64,000 nt of DNA from a virus: positions 10,654 through 74,653 of the IMG/VR virus record IMGVR_UViG_3300009826_001457; one strand, given 5' to 3'. The notes under the pieces are model-generated. The model was not told where the DNA came from. It saw only the letters and a program-made list of their open reading frames with translations, and did no database searches. Of this stretch, positions 40,958 to 51,140 are shown in pieces. Made by a program: the position numbers and the translations under genes. Positions within the stretch are counted from its first letter, which is position 1. The number at the start of each line of letters is the position of its first letter.

Positions 40958-41287
40958 CTAGCCCCCTTTTCTGTCCACGCCTGTTTTATCTTTAAGGCGA
41001 TTCATAAATGCGGATGAAAGCACATGGATTACCGGGCTTCCGATAAATCCGGCTATGGACACTGCCGCAATAATCAACAGCATCGCTATATCGAAGTGCC
41101 TTAACAATGCATACATAACGATACCGATAAAACAAGAGATAGCACTAGAAAGCATATACTGACGGAGGGTTATCTGTTGACCAGGGTTGCGCTCAAGCTC
41201 TGTAAACTTACGAATCACTCCGCCAATTGTAGATAGCAACATGGCGATTAATAACTCAATCCATTCTATACCCTGAATATGCATCAC
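40958..41287 (-). CDS. Holin-like membrane protein
   Basis: Three hydrophobic helices, dual Met start, charged C-terminus. Confidence 0.65.
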   Translation of the reverse strand: MMHIQGIEWIELLIAMLLSTIGGVIRKFTELERNPGQQITLRQYMLSSAISCFIGIVMYALLRHFDIAMLLIIAAVSIAGFIGSPVIHVLSSAFMNRLKDKTGVDRKGG

Positions 41288-41414
41288 CTCTTTTCGCCAT
41301 CTTACTGCGGCTCATTTTCTATGTTAAATAGTAAAGGGGCCCTGCATAGTTGCAAGTCCCCTTTGGATATAAATAGTTGCGAATATAAAAATGCCTCAAC
41401 GCATGGACACCGTG

Positions 41415-41571
41415 CCGGTGGCGGCGTAGTTGCTCGGCCCCGCTCGCATAAGAATCCATTCTCACTTTATGTTATCGTTTGAACTTATTCTGATGCGCCG
41501 GCGGCGGCATAATTGCTCGGCCCCGCTCTTTCCTCTTTTATCGGTAGCGGCGTGATTGCTCGGCCCCGGCC
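41415..41571. repeat. Three GC-rich 31-bp direct repeats
   Basis: CCGGTGGCGGCGTAGTTGCTCGGCCCCGCTC (41415-41445), CCGGCGGCGGCATAATTGCTCGGCCCCGCTC (41498-41528), TCGGTAGCGGCGTGATTGCTCGGCCCCGGCC (41541-41571). Confidence 0.9.
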
Positions 41572-41620
41572 TAGCCCCCATTTATTAGAGGTAATTCTAT
41601 GTCCTCACTTATGATGTTGT

Positions 41621-44596
41621 TTAATAAACTCTTGCCACAGATAATCGTGCAAAATTTGGCACTTCTAAAACGCCACCAGCCCAAACATCTGCATCGGATG
41701 GCGCACCAACACCTCCTGGTCTCCATGACATATTATTTGGATGTGTTATCCAATTCATTATTTCAAGTGTTTCAGAAGAAATTGAACCTGATGCTATTGC
41801 AGCGGTATGACTACCATTCATGACAACCACGCTAAATTTATATGTGCATTTATTTGCAAAACGCCTATTAACGAAGCCATCACTTAAATTACGGAATCCT
41901 AAACCCCTATATAGATTACTGGGTTGGCGGGTATGAGAACCCTCTGTATTTGGCCCCCTAAGTCTTTCAGGGCGATATAACTGTCTAAGTGATGATGTTG
42001 AAATTGTTGTTGCTCCTTCTGGCACTGGAAGTACCCAATACCCTTGCCCATGAGCTCTTGCACTATTTATATCTATCGGTCTAAATGCTTTCCTTATACG
42101 CCTTCCGCTCCAACCATGATTATTACGGCCTCGGCTTCCTGTTCTTCCAGAGTAACGATGAAACTGTATAAAGCAATTCGCTGGCGCAGGACGGTCTAAA
42201 ATAATCGTTGCTCCCATATCTACTTGTTCGGAAGCATTTTCATGTGGCCCCCATTGACCAATGCCACCTGTATTATCTGGTGGTGGGTTAGACATATTAC
42301 CAGGAATCCTTACTTGAATAATATTTGGAACATCACTACTCACGTTACGGCTTCCGTCAATGCGCTCCCAGACTGTCCAGTTTGTAATCACACTGCTACG
42401 TCTAACACGCATCCAAATTTCGGTGCGCCCATTAACCCTAGTATCAATCAACGTCATTCTTTGTATAATGACCCCAGCCATAATAAGTGATACCTCAAGA
42501 TAGCGCACCGTAGTATTAATAGCTGGTAAAGTCGTAGGAGGAAAGTTTGCAGGAAAGCTCACCGTACTAGGCCAGTTAGATGGAAGAATATATATTCCTG
42601 GTTCTACACATGTACCTGAATTTAAACTTGCAGGAGTAGGCTGAGCCCATGACGAAAATTGTTGAGGCAAACCTTTTCTAATCCATTGAAGATGTCTCCA
42701 ACCTGATTGTCCATCTAGTATCAATTCATGACGACCCAGGGCTGTTGGCATTTGTGGGAACATACGTAGATTTGGAGGTAAGTCTTGTAAGGTAAGATGC
42801 CTGAATGATGCTGGGCCTGGTGCAAAGCTGCCTCCAGCAAGAACTCCTGTTGTGAAACTACCATCTTCTCCAGTGCCGCCTCTAGCAACACTTACAACAC
42901 TTAATTCATCCATTATGATTTGCAATATTTTTTCTACCGAACCAGTAATTTCACGTCTAAGTAATCGAACAAGTGCAAGTTGTCTTATATTATTATCTGT
43001 TACGCCCAATCCAAGCTGCCCTTGGTCATTCAAACCAGTTGCAAATAATCTTGCCCCTCTTTGTACAAAAGAAGATTCTCCAACTGCATAAATATTAGTT
43101 GAAACTATATTTGTCCATATAACGAATGTGAGTTGATTTGCAACTAATGGCGAGTTTCCTTGCCCAGCACTTCTTGCACCAGTAAACCTAACTATATTAT
43201 TTTCATCTCTAACCAACGTAAAATTGCTGCCACAAGCAGTTTGGCGAAGATTTTGAATATTACCAGTAGATATTGGTATTAAACGGTCATTTTGATTACC
43301 AGCCCCAGTTCTGCCATCCAATCCCCGCCCCCAGGTACAAAGCATCATAACTCCTGACACATTAGGAAAACCACAGGCGCAATGGGTATCACCCACAGAC
43401 AGATGCTCTGCCCATCTATTATCAGCACTTGTTATCACAGGAGGCTGAACATTTGTCCAAACTGATGTAATACCTACATTGGTATTAAGACCAGTACGCC
43501 CATTAGCGTTATTTCCACACACCATAGGCCAACTATTTACCATAAACACTGTAAAGTCTACTCCACAGTGCATACTTTCAATACCCCATGGGTCGAACCA
43601 ACCACTGATCCACTGCCATGGTGTCCATGTAGTCACTATTCCACCTATGTTTATTTCGCCGATTCCCAATTGCCCATGTGAATTATTACCGACAACGACA
43701 AGGTTCATATCCCACCAATCACGGAACATAACTCCTACATATGAATTACCATTTCCGCATAGAAGCCTTCCAGTGAATCTTACATCATCCCATCCCCAGT
43801 CATCTATTAACATACTATTATTTATTATTGGTGCGCTAATATTAATTAGTGTTCTACTACCCACTCCGGTACCCAATCCTAGTTCTCCAAACTGAGATAA
43901 CCCTGCACCCCAAAGTCGTTGTTCTTCAGGTATACCATTTATTTTTAAAGCCATGCAGTGAGTATAACCTACACTAACAACCAACCAATCATTATCCGTT
44001 CCAACCTGAGTTGGAATATTAACAAAACCAATGTTTCCAAGACCTAGCTGCCCATTAGAATTATCACCCCACGCCCAAAGCGTCCCATCTGTTTTAATAG
44101 CCATTACAGATTTACCTTTGCCTGATATAACTCTAAATCTTTCGAGTTGAACAGCATCAATTATTGAATTTTCGACATCAATATAAGAAGCAAGATGTTC
44201 ATGTCCATACGCAGCTACTCCATTTTCAACACCAACCATATCCCATCTAATGTAAGGAGTTAAATCAAGGTTGGTTGTACCAAAAGATTTCCATTGATTA
44301 CTTACCCACATGTATACACTGTATGGATGTGTAGGCCCAATAAAATATAATAGATTTTCTTCAGGGTCTGTTATCTCTGTTAAAGAAATGCGGGGACTAT
44401 CAGGGTCAACACTTATCTTCCCTGATACTATATTATTAACCTTAATTTGCAGGTCATTAATTAATTTCTCAAGAACATCATCTGCAAGTTCTAATATCTT
44501 ACTGGTTTCATTTAATTCTTGTAAACGTACAACATGATTATCCTCTGTAGGAGATACGCCCATGTTTATTTGAGACTTATGTTTCATTCCTGACAT
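41621..44596 (-). CDS. RCC1/BLIP-II repeat protein with knob-like domain (fibre/receptor-binding candidate)
   Basis: Repeats such as [32 protein letters not shown] and [13 protein letters not shown]; later PGIY...YLEV...QR.T...IWMR...NWTVWERI segment resembles pyocin-knob domains. Confidence 0.75.
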   Translation of the reverse strand: MSGMKHKSQINMGVSPTEDNHVVRLQELNETSKILELADDVLEKLINDLQIKVNNIVSGKISVDPDSPRISLTEITDPEENLLYFIGPTHPYSVYMWVSNQWKSFGTTNLDLTPYIRWDMVGVENGVAAYGHEHLASYIDVENSIIDAVQLERFRVISGKGKSVMAIKTDGTLWAWGDNSNGQLGLGNIGFVNIPTQVGTDNDWLVVSVGYTHCMALKINGIPEEQRLWGAGLSQFGELGLGTGVGSRTLINISAPIINNSMLIDDWGWDDVRFTGRLLCGNGNSYVGVMFRDWWDMNLVVVGNNSHGQLGIGEINIGGIVTTWTPWQWISGWFDPWGIESMHCGVDFTVFMVNSWPMVCGNNANGRTGLNTNVGITSVWTNVQPPVITSADNRWAEHLSVGDTHCACGFPNVSGVMMLCTWGRGLDGRTGAGNQNDRLIPISTGNIQNLRQTACGSNFTLVRDENNIVRFTGARSAGQGNSPLVANQLTFVIWTNIVSTNIYAVGESSFVQRGARLFATGLNDQGQLGLGVTDNNIRQLALVRLLRREITGSVEKILQIIMDELSVVSVARGGTGEDGSFTTGVLAGGSFAPGPASFRHLTLQDLPPNLRMFPQMPTALGRHELILDGQSGWRHLQWIRKGLPQQFSSWAQPTPASLNSGTCVEPGIYILPSNWPSTVSFPANFPPTTLPAINTTVRYLEVSLIMAGVIIQRMTLIDTRVNGRTEIWMRVRRSSVITNWTVWERIDGSRNVSSDVPNIIQVRIPGNMSNPPPDNTGGIGQWGPHENASEQVDMGATIILDRPAPANCFIQFHRYSGRTGSRGRNNHGWSGRRIRKAFRPIDINSARAHGQGYWVLPVPEGATTISTSSLRQLYRPERLRGPNTEGSHTRQPSNLYRGLGFRNLSDGFVNRRFANKCTYKFSVVVMNGSHTAAIASGSISSETLEIMNWITHPNNMSWRPGGVGAPSDADVWAGGVLEVPNFARLSVARVY

Positions 44597-44689
44597 TAAA
44601 TCATACCTCCTATTAAACTAAAACAAAGCAGGACTGCTCAAAGTAAGCAGCCCTACTATTATTTAGGATAATTATTCAACTATGTTTAT

Positions 44690-45421
44690 TTAAGCAGGGT
44701 CTACTTCAGCCCTAAGCACCAATGTCAAATCGTTGTCCTCGCCCAACGGCACACCGAAGGTGACTCTTACATCATTTATGCTCAAGCGCCTAAACCCGCC
44801 GACAACGGTATCGCCATCGGCATTATAAAGCTCATGGGTAACATGTCTTGTACCTAAAGCATGAGTGATATTGTATTCCATGATTGCGTTATCGCCTTCG
44901 AGTTCGAAGGTCATCTCAACAACTCTGGTTAAGTCAACGACTTCTTTGATAAATTCGATGTTTGTAGAATCCAAAACAAAAGGGGTTCCGCCAAGCACTG
45001 TACGCCAACGGGTCATGCCATAGACATCGCCCTCAAGCACAGGCACAATAAGGCCGTTGATAATAGTCGTCACGCTGTTAAAGTTATCGGCACGCTGTAA
45101 TGTTAGTATTCCGCCACCTGTATCGGTGACAACGTAAATGCCATTCTGTGTTTTGTCTAACTGCCCTGCAAGGAGAATGCGGTCGCCGTCGTTCCAAGTA
45201 TCAACGCCGTCAATATCCATGGCCGCAGACCCGGCAGTGCCTACAAATATTTGAGAAACACTGTCATATGTACCGTCAAAGCTATCGGTTAAAACAACGC
45301 GAACCGCTTCGGTAGTCAATGCATTAACGTATTCAATCATATCGCGCATACGCACTAAATGGTTATCTTGCGTAGGTGCGACACGCATATCAGTTTGGAT
45401 ATATGTTCTTATTCCAGACAT
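44690..45421 (-). CDS. Virion fibre/decoration-type protein, paralog 1
   Basis: IDGVDTWNDGDRILLAGQLDKTQNGIYVV motif; clear paralog of 45455-46237. Confidence 0.65.
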   Translation of the reverse strand: MSGIRTYIQTDMRVAPTQDNHLVRMRDMIEYVNALTTEAVRVVLTDSFDGTYDSVSQIFVGTAGSAAMDIDGVDTWNDGDRILLAGQLDKTQNGIYVVTDTGGGILTLQRADNFNSVTTIINGLIVPVLEGDVYGMTRWRTVLGGTPFVLDSTNIEFIKEVVDLTRVVEMTFELEGDNAIMEYNITHALGTRHVTHELYNADGDTVVGGFRRLSINDVRVTFGVPLGEDNDLTLVLRAEVDPA

Positions 45422-45454
45422 ATGTATATACCTCCTATGTTATAAATTGTTATT

Positions 45455-46237
45455 TCAATCCGGGCTGACTTCGGCTCTGATAACCAGTACCAAATCGTTG
45501 CCTATGCCCAATGGCGCACCAGGGGAAAGCCTTAATGCGTTTGCGCTTACTCGCCGGAACTCTATTAAGACAGTATCACCTTCATCATCGTAAATTTCGT
45601 GAGTAACATTCATGGAATCAAGGTCATGCGTTATGTTATAAATCATTGTCGTATCATCACCCTCAATATCGAAAGTCATTTCAACGACCCTTGTTATGTC
45701 AACAATGATTCTGCTAAATTCAACTTCTGTCTCGTGTAGCACGAAGAAGGTATCTCCGAGTACGGTTTCCCAACGTGTATCAGCATACGTATCGCCTGCC
45801 AATACAGGAACAACTAAGCCATTGCGAATATTTAGCGCATCGTTAAAATCAAATGTCCGCTCCAGTACAAAGCCGCTCCCATCAATTGCGGCAACAACGT
45901 AGATGCCGTTGTGCGTTTCGTTAACTTCTCCCGCAACTAATATGCGGTTGCCAAGCTCAATCGTTAGTCCATCTACCTCGAAAGGTGTGGAAAGTATGTC
46001 AGAAATCAAACGACCGCTTCCTACTTGATTCGATGCATTGGTGAAAGGTCCACTGTCATATGTAACCGTAACCCCGGATCCTGCTAGGTTTGTCAATGAA
46101 TCAGTCGCAACTACCCTGACAGGTTCTGCCTCTAAGGTATTTACAAGGTCAACCATGTCTCTTAGGCGAACCAGATGCGTATCCTGTTTAGGGGCCACTT
46201 TCATATTAATTTGCGAAAAACTTTTGATGCCAGCCAA
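45455..46237 (-). CDS. Virion fibre/decoration-type protein, paralog 2
   Basis: VDGLTIELGNRILVAGEVNETHNGIYVV motif; shares N- and C-termini with 44690-45421. Confidence 0.65.
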   Translation of the reverse strand: MAGIKSFSQINMKVAPKQDTHLVRLRDMVDLVNTLEAEPVRVVATDSLTNLAGSGVTVTYDSGPFTNASNQVGSGRLISDILSTPFEVDGLTIELGNRILVAGEVNETHNGIYVVAAIDGSGFVLERTFDFNDALNIRNGLVVPVLAGDTYADTRWETVLGDTFFVLHETEVEFSRIIVDITRVVEMTFDIEGDDTTMIYNITHDLDSMNVTHEIYDDEGDTVLIEFRRVSANALRLSPGAPLGIGNDLVLVIRAEVSPD

Positions 46238-46250
46238 TATGCACTCCTCC

Positions 46251-46709
46251 TTATAATTTTATGTAGGCTTGCCCTTTTAATGGCTCACCGAATTCATATA
46301 TTAATAAATTGTTTGTAGACAGTTGTGTGTTAACTTGCCCAATAATCTGCTCACCATCTTCATCTACAACAAAGATATTCAATGCTCTGTTTGGTGAGTT
46401 AAAGTTGTGTTGTATTAGCCATTGAGTGGAGGGCATATCTTGTTTATGTATATACTCCCTTGTATTTCCTGCTCCACTCAAATCATCCCATTTGATTTCT
46501 TCCCACCCAGTATTAGTCAGATTATCGCTAGGCAGCCAAAATATCTGTGGTCGAGCTACACCGACATTCTGCACAACCAACATCATACCCCGATAACGCT
46601 GTGCCAGTGGTATCGCATTCCGCTCGGCTATCGTTATTGCATTTGTCTTATCATCAAGTGGCCTATTGATTGTGGTTAATATACTGGAGGGAAATAATAC
46701 TGCCGGCAT
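46251..46709 (-). CDS. Hypothetical structural protein
   Basis: RYRGMMLVVQ N-terminal motif; C-terminal WLIQHNFN...VVDEDGEQIIG similar to the paralog C-termini. Confidence 0.6.
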   Translation of the reverse strand: MPAVLFPSSILTTINRPLDDKTNAITIAERNAIPLAQRYRGMMLVVQNVGVARPQIFWLPSDNLTNTGWEEIKWDDLSGAGNTREYIHKQDMPSTQWLIQHNFNSPNRALNIFVVDEDGEQIIGQVNTQLSTNNLLIYEFGEPLKGQAYIKL

Positions 46710-46721
46710 TTAGACCACCTC

Positions 46722-47372
46722 CTAGAAAATAATATCAAGGGCCATGCTCATTCCCACCGTATGTTCAGGCACTGCCTTTACCAAAATCATGTATGGTACA
46801 ACAAGCCCATCGGCCATTGTAAGAGGAACATTATTAATTATGTTATATGTACCAAACATACTAAGCCCGAAGACCGTTTCCCTAATATCTATTATTGGGT
46901 TGGTCATGGGTGAAGCGAAGCAGCTATGCTCATCAACGATATTCAGTGACGCTCTAAATGGGTTAAACAAAGCAATGCGCTTATCCATGCTGAGTATATC
47001 GGCTTCATGTGGTGTATTATTTGGTACAGTTCCATAAAATATTGGATTTACAAATGTAACCTGGGTAGCCGCTGTTCTGGATACACTTCCATCTGATGCG
47101 TTTAAGGTAAATGTCGTAGACGCGGAAATATCTTGACCGTTTAATACGGTTGTTCTCTGTGCATTGGGTATTGTTCCGATGAGTGGAGTAATTGATTGTG
47201 AAGTAGGGCTGCCATTTGCAAAGCTCCAGTTAAATGTAATGTCTGCCGGTGGTGTTCCTCTTTCAAGAATGGATGCGTTATTTGAAAATGTTAGTATTCT
47301 AAAGGCTGGAGCTACACTACCTTCACCACCGGCTTTTGGATAAAAGGGGTTATATATGAATGAACCTTCCAC
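46722..47372 (-). CDS. Beta-rich (Ig-like) hypothetical structural protein
   Basis: Thr/Ser-rich beta pattern ITFNWSF...TTFTLNASDG...TQVTFVNPIFYG. Confidence 0.6.
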   Translation of the reverse strand: MEGSFIYNPFYPKAGGEGSVAPAFRILTFSNNASILERGTPPADITFNWSFANGSPTSQSITPLIGTIPNAQRTTVLNGQDISASTTFTLNASDGSVSRTAATQVTFVNPIFYGTVPNNTPHEADILSMDKRIALFNPFRASLNIVDEHSCFASPMTNPIIDIRETVFGLSMFGTYNIINNVPLTMADGLVVPYMILVKAVPEHTVGMSMALDIIF

Positions 47373-47385
47373 GCTGTTGCCCCCC

Positions 47386-47682
47386 TTATCGTATGTAGTA
47401 AATCTTTACGTTGCAGTCTTGTAGTGAGGTAAATTCCCTGATGGTCATTAAATCCGCGGCACCATTGGAAGGGGTGCAGAATATATTGCTTCTAATCTCA
47501 AAGGGGAAGCCGTTAATCTTAAAACGGGCTCCGTCGTCGGATATGATGGTTATATGCCTTAGTCTTTCATTAGTTATCCTAATGCCGGTTACTTCTTCAA
47601 TGTTTTCGAAGATTAAAGCAAGAAGATTGGCCCCGTCATGGACGAATCCTTCATAGCTTCCTATCTCTGCCAGTCGTGCCAT
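47386..47682 (-). CDS. Hypothetical phage protein
   Basis: 98-aa ORF with SD AGGAGG, first gene of the cluster. Confidence 0.65.
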   Translation of the reverse strand: MARLAEIGSYEGFVHDGANLLALIFENIEEVTGIRITNERLRHITIISDDGARFKINGFPFEIRSNIFCTPSNGAADLMTIREFTSLQDCNVKIYYIR

Positions 47683-47714
47683 ATATAAACCTCCTGCTTT
47701 AATGTGATTAATTT

Positions 47715-47870
47715 GTGTATTACTACTCTAAACTGTATAGCGGAAAGAAACCGCCACTTGTGGAAGGTGATGTATTTACAACAATAGTGCCACTTCCATC
47801 TGTTAAGCAGACCACTCCCCAAGTTATACCCCAAGTCACCCCCCAAGTTATACCCCAAGATAAATGGGTA
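47715..47870 (+). pseudogene. Remnant of the C-terminal part of an ATP-binding regulator (AlbA/HATPase_c_4, RecG-C-like)
   Basis: YSKLYSGKKPPLVEGDVFTTIVPL followed by TPQVIPQVTPQVIPQDK (12-bp CCCCAAG repeats at 47817-47859). No upstream domains present. Confidence 0.5.
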
Positions 47871-48285
47871 GTAGCATGGTTAGAGTTTAGTAAAGGCCGT
47901 TATCAAATCGCAATACAACTGTTATGTGCGTGTAATTGCTATCTTAATAAGATGGCATTATCATGTGCTCAGCAAGGAACAACAATGTAGCACTTAAAAA
48001 CAATTGGGTTCAAGGAACAGTGTCCAAGCACACAATGTCTCTAATCCGATAATTACCGGCATATGGTCAGCTAGAGTACTGCCCTTGAACCCGATACTCT
48101 TTTTCGGTTTAGTTGTTGCAATGCTAGGATTTGAGTTGTGGTTAAAAGCCATTGATGGCTTGACATACACCGTATCGGAAAAAGCTGCGTTGTAACAACA
48201 GCGTCTTTTTCCTAATAAATGTTTATAGGGGTGATATATGTAACTATCCTTTGTTATTCAGCAAAACGCTCCTTTATGCTACATT

Positions 48286-48327
48286 AAAATAGCGCATGTC
48301 ATTATCAAAAATGACCTGCGCTATTTT
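48286..48327. terminator. Terminator-like hairpin of the AAAATAGCGCA family
   Basis: AAAATAGCGCA-tgtcattatcaaaaatgacc-TGCGCTATTTT. Confidence 0.65.
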
Positions 48328-48390
48328 GTTTGGCAGTTAGTACGAGTTAGCACTTAATACTGGTGAAATTTATAAGGCTTCATAACGAAA

Positions 48391-48515
48391 TCATCTGTGT
48401 TCATTCATCAGGCATATGGTTCTTATATCTATTGAATATGCTTTCGCCATTTGCTTCTACCCTATTTATTTTGGCGATAGTATAACTTCTTCCATACTGT
48501 TTCGAAAGTGCTATA
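48391..48515 (-). mobile_element. Possible left-end remnant of an IS630-family element
   Basis: Short ORF from ATG 48450 reads MAKAYSIDIR, like IS630 transposase N-termini, then breaks off. A TATAGC... end-like sequence lies about 65 nt upstream. Confidence 0.35.
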
Positions 48516-48676
48516 ACGAATGAAACCGTGTTTTGTAACAAAGTAGAAACATAAACTTTCTATCCACACCTTTGTTATTTTATTGTGGTTGAGTATTAGC
48601 GATACAATCTTCATAAACGAAGAAGCGTACCATTGCAGCACGCTCCCAGACTATGTATAGAACTATAGGTTATATG

Positions 48677-48955
48677 CTAAACACCGGCAACCACTGTTTT
48701 AAACCGCTTGGAAAACTTAAATCTGGGTGCAGTCCTTCTGGGTATCGTCATAGGATTGCCCGTTGATGGATTGCGGCCTTCCCTTTCTGCCCGTTCGACA
48801 CTATCCCATGTACCAAGACCTGGCACCCTTACCACGCCTCCACCGGCAACCACTGACACGACAAGTTCTGCAAACTCATCAAGGAATCTCTCGGTTGCGG
48901 CTTTTGTGTTTTCGCTTCTTACTGCCAAATCGGCTACAAGCTCTTTTTTGTTCAA
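48677..48955 (-). CDS. HU-family DNA-binding protein (YonN-like)
   Basis: MNKKELVADLA...VRVPGLGTW...RAEREGRNPSTGNPMTIPRRTAPRFKFSKRFK. Confidence 0.92.
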   Translation of the reverse strand: MNKKELVADLAVRSENTKAATERFLDEFAELVVSVVAGGGVVRVPGLGTWDSVERAEREGRNPSTGNPMTIPRRTAPRFKFSKRFKTVVAGV

Positions 48956-48996
48956 ATTAAATTACTCCTAGAAGCGCGTTTTGCGCTCTTATAAAT

Positions 48997-50310
48997 TTAT
49001 ATGTTTATGTAGTGGGTCTCGTTGAGACCGTTCACTTTATCGTAGATAAATGCCATGCTGCGTTTACGGGCAGTTGAATAACCGCTCTTAGTATGCCAAT
49101 GGTCATTTCCTGATAAGCTGGGGATGCGTCTTACGACTACCCCATTTTTTTCGGATACTCCTTCAGAGTGTAAATGACCAAGAAGAAATTCTCGCGTTGT
49201 CGTAGCACCCCAATCTTCCGCAGCTTCGTATTGCATCAACCCAAAAATCCTATCTTTTTCACTGTCGCCATGGGTAAAACCCAGTAAATTCTTGCCGAAA
49301 CGTCTATATTTTCGTGGTGTTGGCGTAAAATCTACTGCTACAACGGTACTTTGTCGGTACCAAGCGCCCAAAACACAGGCCGCATAGTACTCTGTATACC
49401 CTGCATGGTTGCCTTGGACCAGAATTACCTCTACCGGAGCGAGTTGAGACAGCATATCCGTGGCTTCAATAAGGGTTTCGACACCTTTGTTGAACATGGC
49501 GCTATAGCGAAGGTCGGTGTCTTGCTTGGTGCCATGTATCGTGTTACCGCTAGGCTCACTGTTAAAATAGTCGTTGCCGATGACGAAAAATATCTTTTCA
49601 AACTTGCGATGTTGCAGCTTATCTATGTATGATTGGATGCTGTGCAGCACTCGTTCACGAGCAATCCCCCAATTATATTTCTCCCCTGTCTCATCCTCAT
49701 CGCCTAGCTTAGAGAAGTGAACATCGAACAGACAAGGCACCAAAAGCTCCGCTCCGAACTCGTATTGGTTTGGATTTACCTCGGTTGGACTGTATTTTTG
49801 AGCAAAATTATCGAAATGAGCCTCGATTTTTACATAATCCAGCCCATTTTTGAGAGGTTTTACGGTGATTTTGCTGCTGTAGAGCTCCATGATGCCGTCT
49901 TGCTTGCTGTATGCGTTCCAAATATTGTTCCTTGCACCTGTCAACTCCCAAAACTCGGGGTCGTACCCATGGATTTTGAGCAAAAACAATACATCTTTGG
50001 AGTCCTCCTCGCGCATCCGTACCAATGCAGCGCGAGTTTGGGAGCCATCTTTATGGATCTCAACTGTGACTTTATCTGGTGGTATGGCCCCTTGGGGTCC
50101 GCTACTTTCTTGAGGTGCATCACCTTCGGCATCCAGAGTTAAGTCCAGTATGCGCAATGCCTTTCGTGCATGGTCTGCGGATACTGCCTCGCCATAGAGA
50201 AGGGCATAAATCTCAGACCGCTCCAAGTCATATGTACTATCCGCAGCGCCGATTTTGAGCCGATGATAGTATTGCAACACACCTTCATTCGGTTTCCTTG
50301 CAGTGTCCAT
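48997..50310 (-). CDS. Calcineurin-like metallophosphoesterase (YonJ-like)
   Basis: DVH, GND, QGNH, THGD and GHLH motifs. Confidence 0.85.
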   Translation of the reverse strand: MDTARKPNEGVLQYYHRLKIGAADSTYDLERSEIYALLYGEAVSADHARKALRILDLTLDAEGDAPQESSGPQGAIPPDKVTVEIHKDGSQTRAALVRMREEDSKDVLFLLKIHGYDPEFWELTGARNNIWNAYSKQDGIMELYSSKITVKPLKNGLDYVKIEAHFDNFAQKYSPTEVNPNQYEFGAELLVPCLFDVHFSKLGDEDETGEKYNWGIARERVLHSIQSYIDKLQHRKFEKIFFVIGNDYFNSEPSGNTIHGTKQDTDLRYSAMFNKGVETLIEATDMLSQLAPVEVILVQGNHAGYTEYYAACVLGAWYRQSTVVAVDFTPTPRKYRRFGKNLLGFTHGDSEKDRIFGLMQYEAAEDWGATTTREFLLGHLHSEGVSEKNGVVVRRIPSLSGNDHWHTKSGYSTARKRSMAFIYDKVNGLNETHYINI

Positions 50311-50315
50311 TGGTC

Positions 50316-50477
50316 TTAACCCGCATCCGCACTATCTTCGGCGTAGTTTGCGCAGCTATCTACTGTGATAGCAACACCTAATGACTTCTTGTTATCTTCG
50401 TGGAACTTATAAAGTATGTCCGTCACTTTGCACACTGCATTTTTATCACATGTTTCGCATAGAAAATTATTAATCAT
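50316..50477 (-). CDS. Small Cys-containing protein (53 aa, below track cutoff)
   Basis: MINNFLCETCDKNAVCKV...DSCANY, SD AGGAG; read manually. Confidence 0.6.
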   Translation of the reverse strand: MINNFLCETCDKNAVCKVTDILYKFHEDNKKSLGVAITVDSCANYAEDSADAG

Positions 50478-50488
50478 TACATCTCTCC

Positions 50489-51109
50489 TTAACCTAGTAA
50501 GTTTGCCATGCTGCTTACGATTTCATGGACTATCCCATGCTTTAACTGCTCTTGGGCATCCACCCAACCGTCGCTGTCTTTATATTTGTTGTAGGTGCGA
50601 GTATTCATGGTTGTTCTGTTTATGGTATATACCTTCATTTGTTCCAATTGCTTTTTGTAATACTTGGTAGCTGTTTCAACCTGCGCGGCGTTCCCTTCAA
50701 AGCCTGCGCTGCCGGAATGGAACATAGCTGTAGAATGTGGAAGGGCATATCGTTTTTCGCCAGCCAGCAATAAAAGAAACCCGCCTGACATAGCCATGCC
50801 CATGTTTACTGTTATGATTGGTGTTTCGCTTGTCAGCATTACATCCACACATGCGAAGGTGGCGTATAAGTCTCCACCAGGGGAATAGATAAACATCCGA
50901 ATAGGTTTGCGTTCATCTTTAGGTTTGCCTTCATCTTCTTGGTTCCATCGCAGAATCCATTTCACTGTTTCAATTAAACCTTCGTCAATGCCAACATCCA
51001 CCCAAATTATTCTGCGTTCTATATCCCTATAGAATGACAATAGTTCGGGAGCGGGGAGCTGCATTGTTTCTAGGTTTTTTGGTATCATCAAATCAAATGA
51101 CTCATACAT
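50489..51109 (-). CDS. clpP: ClpP-family serine protease
   Basis: KPIRMFIYSPGGD...NMGMAMSGG (catalytic Ser)...RYALPHSTAMFH (His)...EQLKHGIVHEI. Confidence 0.85.
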   Translation of the reverse strand: MYESFDLMIPKNLETMQLPAPELLSFYRDIERRIIWVDVGIDEGLIETVKWILRWNQEDEGKPKDERKPIRMFIYSPGGDLYATFACVDVMLTSETPIITVNMGMAMSGGFLLLLAGEKRYALPHSTAMFHSGSAGFEGNAAQVETATKYYKKQLEQMKVYTINRTTMNTRTYNKYKDSDGWVDAQEQLKHGIVHEIVSSMANLLG

Positions 51110-51140
51110 TAACTGTCCTCCGTATCCTTATAAATCAACA

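Noticed and set aside
41415-41571. CRISPR array or DGR template repeat
   Set aside because: Gaps of 52 and 12 nt are irregular. There is no reverse transcriptase, and I saw no matching variable repeat in the RCC1 gene.
48004-48195. 63-aa plus-strand ORF
   Set aside because: No SD and no recognisable motif; it lies in a decayed intergenic region.
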